A stretch of 64,000 nucleotides of DNA, taken from a virus. Position numbers and translations under genes: made by a program. The notes under the pieces were generated by a model. It searched no databases, was not told the origin of the DNA, and saw nothing but the letters and a program-made list of their open reading frames with translations. Shown piece by piece: positions 61,101-64,000 of the stretch. The stretch is taken from positions 108,040 to 172,039 of the IMG/VR virus record IMGVR_UViG_3300028549_000507, one strand, 5' to 3'. Position 1 is the first letter of the stretch; each line of letters starts with the position of its first letter.

Positions 61101-64000
61101 AAGAGTCATAGTTACATCAAATGTTAACGAATTACCATATTCAACAATATTATTTCCCAATGGAGATATTGTACAACCCTCATTATTTTGAGAATTAACC
61201 GTAAATACCCTGGTCACATATGATACAGTTATATTATAATTGGATCTAACATTTGTTATTGTTATAGTTTTACTAGCTTCATCAAAAACGTAAGTTCCAC
61301 CTGTAACCGAGATAGTATCATATCGATATTTATCAATAGCACTTATCTGAAATGATAGATTGCTACCTTCATCTATTTCAAATGATCCTTCACCGTTATT
61401 CAATTCATCCACAGTACAATTGATAGCACTTACACTTATATAATGCTTTTCGGGCGGTATAATAACAAATGATGCGGTAATAGTTATCGCAGAAATTACA
61501 TTTGGAATAGTAATATTACCATTTGTAATTGCCTGAGATACTCCATTTATAACTATAGTGTTAAGTTTGTACCCAGCATCAGGAACAAGATTCAAATCAA
61601 TACTATCACCATGCTCAACAGTAATTTTACCAGAAGAAATTGTATGCGAGTTAACATTGATAGTTCCAAGTGGTACAGTAGGGATAGTTATCTCATATGT
61701 TTTCTTTGCACACGTCACTTCTAGGTAGATATTAGTATCACTTATAGTATAATCTTTATCGACATTATAAAATGATATATCATTACCTTGTCTTATAATT
61801 CTACCATATATAGGATTTCTAAAATCCGAACCATCAATAAGACTAAGGTATCCCAACCCAGTCTGAGCTCTTACTGTATATTCTGGTTTAAAACCTTCCA
61901 ATACTTGTATATTAAATGATTTAAAACTATCTTTATTTATAACAAATTCGCCAACTTCCATATTATAACCAACACCAGAGAATGTTGTTACTTTATATGG
62001 AGTTAATGGAATTTCTTCAATATTGAAGATTATATTATAAGCCATCTTGATATCTGATATTATAAGTCTATTTGTCAAAATAGTTATATTCCCAGAACTG
62101 GCTGTGTATATCGTTCCATTTATACTTATATTCTTTACAGCATTTCCGAATTTAGGATCCAAATATATCTCTATACTAGAATCTTCTGTAAGACGATTGT
62201 TACTCAGTCCGGTTGGTTCTGAAATATAGTTTAGCATCAGTATATCAGAAACACTCAATGTCAGATCATATTTAGCTTTAGGGATTACTATTAAATCTAT
62301 GGAAATATGAGTATCTTCCATTATATTCTCTAATATAAATAGATCAGTAATGAAATTTATTTTAGAGTTATCTAAAAGTTGACCATTTACATAAATTTTT
62401 TCAAGATAATATCCGTCGTCAGGAATTACCTTATAAGTCAAATTTTGACCAGGCAATACATATCTTGTAACAAAGTTTTCAATACTACCATTAGAAACAC
62501 TAGCAGTAACTTCATACATTGAAACATTATCAACCTCCGTAACGATATCTATGATAATATCAGACGTAACATTTTCAAGATATATATTGTCGGATATAGG
62601 TTTATTAAAACCATTAACCATTATTGACGTTATAGAATATCCAAGTTCAACCTGTACCTTTACATCCATATTCCCACCATCAATGACATTGAATTCATTT
62701 TTTGGGAATACTATGAAATTGGAACCATTAACTTTAACATTCCAATATTTAAACTCATCAACAGATATCGATGCTTGATTAAATAATGATGTTTGGTTAT
62801 CATATTCTTTAACTACACTTCCGAAAATATTCTCAGAGTCAGCCTTTGACACGTGTTTTATAGTCAATTCGTCAAATTCAAAATTATCAAGTATCTCAGT
62901 TTCAATTGTGATAATTCCGGAGAAATCATCAGGAATACTAAAGAATGTGCCATTTATACTCAATAATGAATTAGTGGACGGTTGAACATTCACATTATTC
63001 AGAAGTAAAGATAATGCATTAGGAATAATTTTACTTTGAATAGAACCATTTGTATCTACATTATCATAACAGAATGGTATAATTGCTCTATCGAGTATAC
63101 TCAAATCCTTAGATTTTGTTATAGAGTAATCTTCCATATCATTGTATTCAAGATTACTTCTCATATAGAATATATTATTACCCGAATACATCCCACATTT
63201 TCCAATTTCACGTATAATGTAATCAGGAATTTTCATAGTATTCAATCTAAACTCTACATCATTTACTTTAGAGTAAATATATACAGTAGTCTTATAACAG
63301 GCTGTAGAATTATCTAGCTTACAATATGATTTTATAAACGCATCATTTTCAGCTATAAGCTCATTTATTGTATATTTTCTAACGAGAGAAGAATCTCTTA
63401 ATTCAACATTACTTATATTCAATTTAGTAGATTCATTTGAAGTTATCCGAATATCATTACCATCGGTTAGTCTTGAATTTTTCAATTTCATATTAGTATT
63501 TTCAACTGTCGAAATATCAAACCCAACGTGATCTATAATATTTGACACATTTGAATAATCTACAAGTTCAAAACTATCTCTAAATGTTATAGAGTTATCT
63601 CTAAACGAAGCATATATCTCAGTATCAACAACAAACTTCAATATAGAATCTGTTGCAATTCCCGGGATAGAACTATCTCTGCCAAATGAATTAGTAACTT
63701 CAAATAAACCAGACTCACTAGGTATTATTCCTGAATATGAGAAGTCTATTATATCATGTATTTCAGAGTTTTTACCATAGAATGTATCAATAGAAATATC
63801 TTCTACATAAAGATATATGAAATCTTTATCATATTTCAATCCGAGTTTAATAGATGGTTCAAATTTACCATTATCAGAACTCTTCAATATATATGACACA
63901 TCGATAGTATTTATAAGATCATCAGTTATACATATAGTACCGTAAAATCTCTTAGTGAAATTTGAAAAGTTACCAGATGAAATTACCAATGTATTTCCAT
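58188..64000 (-). CDS. giant tail fibre/adhesin with InlB B-repeat-like domains and C-terminal CBM5/12-like modules (5'-truncated by window edge)
   Basis: At least 1933 aa; frame stays open to 64000. Repeated units V.hG.s..f...P..GY.l..i.vnG......l.NIt.d..i.v.f; C-terminal YNLGDTVFYNGVWYTANFWT..DP and TWSSTVTYYIGNNVIRHNG. Confidence 0.75.
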   Translation of the reverse strand, partial: GNTLVISSGNFSNFTKRFYGTICITDDLINTIDVSYILKSSDNGKFEPSIKLGLKYDKDFIYLYVEDISIDTFYGKNSEIHDIIDFSYSGIIPSESGLFEVTNSFGRDSSIPGIATDSILKFVVDTEIYASFRDNSITFRDSFELVDYSNVSNIIDHVGFDISTVENTNMKLKNSRLTDGNDIRITSNESTKLNISNVELRDSSLVRKYTINELIAENDAFIKSYCKLDNSTACYKTTVYIYSKVNDVEFRLNTMKIPDYIIREIGKCGMYSGNNIFYMRSNLEYNDMEDYSITKSKDLSILDRAIIPFCYDNVDTNGSIQSKIIPNALSLLLNNVNVQPSTNSLLSINGTFFSIPDDFSGIITIETEILDNFEFDELTIKHVSKADSENIFGSVVKEYDNQTSLFNQASISVDEFKYWNVKVNGSNFIVFPKNEFNVIDGGNMDVKVQVELGYSITSIMVNGFNKPISDNIYLENVTSDIIIDIVTEVDNVSMYEVTASVSNGSIENFVTRYVLPGQNLTYKVIPDDGYYLEKIYVNGQLLDNSKINFITDLFILENIMEDTHISIDLIVIPKAKYDLTLSVSDILMLNYISEPTGLSNNRLTEDSSIEIYLDPKFGNAVKNISINGTIYTASSGNITILTNRLIISDIKMAYNIIFNIEEIPLTPYKVTTFSGVGYNMEVGEFVINKDSFKSFNIQVLEGFKPEYTVRAQTGLGYLSLIDGSDFRNPIYGRIIRQGNDISFYNVDKDYTISDTNIYLEVTCAKKTYEITIPTVPLGTINVNSHTISSGKITVEHGDSIDLNLVPDAGYKLNTIVINGVSQAITNGNITIPNVISAITITASFVIIPPEKHYISVSAINCTVDELNNGEGSFEIDEGSNLSFQISAIDKYRYDTISVTGGTYVFDEASKTITITNVRSNYNITVSYVTRVFTVNSQNNEGCTISPLGNNIVEYGNSLTFDVTMTLGYRLTGYLIDGSIVVSTSNIYHTIINITTNKTIMPLCEKIPVRLTMVSGSPTSHSISPTNLYYDLFYGEDSPEMTISPAITKYVKTVKLLRPDDSVIRILYSNNTPVNETVPISGKLVKVTVDNIIEDCKFLVETDDVAIVNYSINVSGNSVGTSNGAHTVRFGNTFSASFAPTPGSRMTSIVFSNRTRVDFVGGRTTAYTFDFTNVTSDESVTVNQELIPIPKRRVLLIDENSTQKHTITINGQDPSVKDIMIEEGTSVTVTLTPSFVHLDYYSVTNVKITNTIDASGPAFADVSVGDSWGVKTYTFVVGTNDLYRIDATSARIDYTIYPDSVINGTTSLVQTTRHYNLIDYFSFTITPNANYELDHVTMYHQYTPTRQYSTDPARVGSTGTIIDSTNTRDVYMIGNTIYYRNSSQFRVTIAFKEKIKYNVKLFTNPNGVWTDASDVDITSGALGVHVYNSVNYDCRVIPVYAGGSFYAKFKFNTGYIKDHVTSTKGLFLMGANGNPKGTQLASATIDNTFSNISGDVGISMDTKLTTYTISAGTLTNGTVTGTGSVNHGSSNSVVFTPNSGYKIASITKDGVAMTGINTAGHTDNLTNITANVTYVVVFEVSTVSITFSSSGSDYSIKNISNVLVTGTTVNVTPGSDYNFRITVSTTKAILNVRLNINGTNIDLGSVSDYTLTSITSNITVNVITDDKLLYDFQYLSSKTYSITDGLVIKKGGDGRYWLYRINVNNIIGIDPETNFDTILSGTTTNTYTKIGPMIPHNISTGIYTPNGTNSGNVQVNFNFNTASISGTNNTQYVEYQYADGFRYIVFHIVDGVLGVYRAKYWTRNIPQVGSTLSPDWERILTPNYKYTSNYIAGAPYNLGDTVFYNGVWYTANFWTIKDPSVYNNVRMGLGADWNVKGTPSTWSSTVTYYIGNNVIRHNGVNTYVFIANKTSLNKDPNDVANVSGDNSKEWSLIGRLV

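Noticed and set aside
1..64000. Stop-codon reassignment
   Set aside because: Standard-code ORFs tile the window densely, and TAA, TAG and TGA all end genes at plausible boundaries.

Overview
AT-rich, densely coding, mostly minus-strand segment of a jumbo phage genome of the phiKZ/AR9(PBS1)-related group. It encodes four pieces of split multisubunit RNA polymerases (two different beta' N-halves, one beta N-half, one beta C-half), a phiKZ-type split family B DNA polymerase, a second small PolB-like protein, a GyrA-like topoisomerase subunit, RecA/UvsX, a PhuZ/TubZ tubulin, an SSB-like protein, a DHFR-like enzyme, candidate inner-head proteins, a tandem HExxH peptidase and a large tail/baseplate/fibre region ending in a fibre with carbohydrate-binding repeats. 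Two intergenic promoter classes can be read directly: 14 copies of AACA-N6-T(A/G), matching the AR9 non-virion RNAP late promoter, and an AT-rich early-type motif upstream of the putative non-virion RNAP genes and tubulin. Best candidates for new biology: (1) two adjacent proteins with GM/FG/Q low-complexity tails just upstream of RNAP beta', (2) a self-contained structured RNA upstream of gyrA, (3) a shared propeptide-like motif that also occurs inside the tandem peptidase. All protein calls come from motif recognition by eye; no database search was run.
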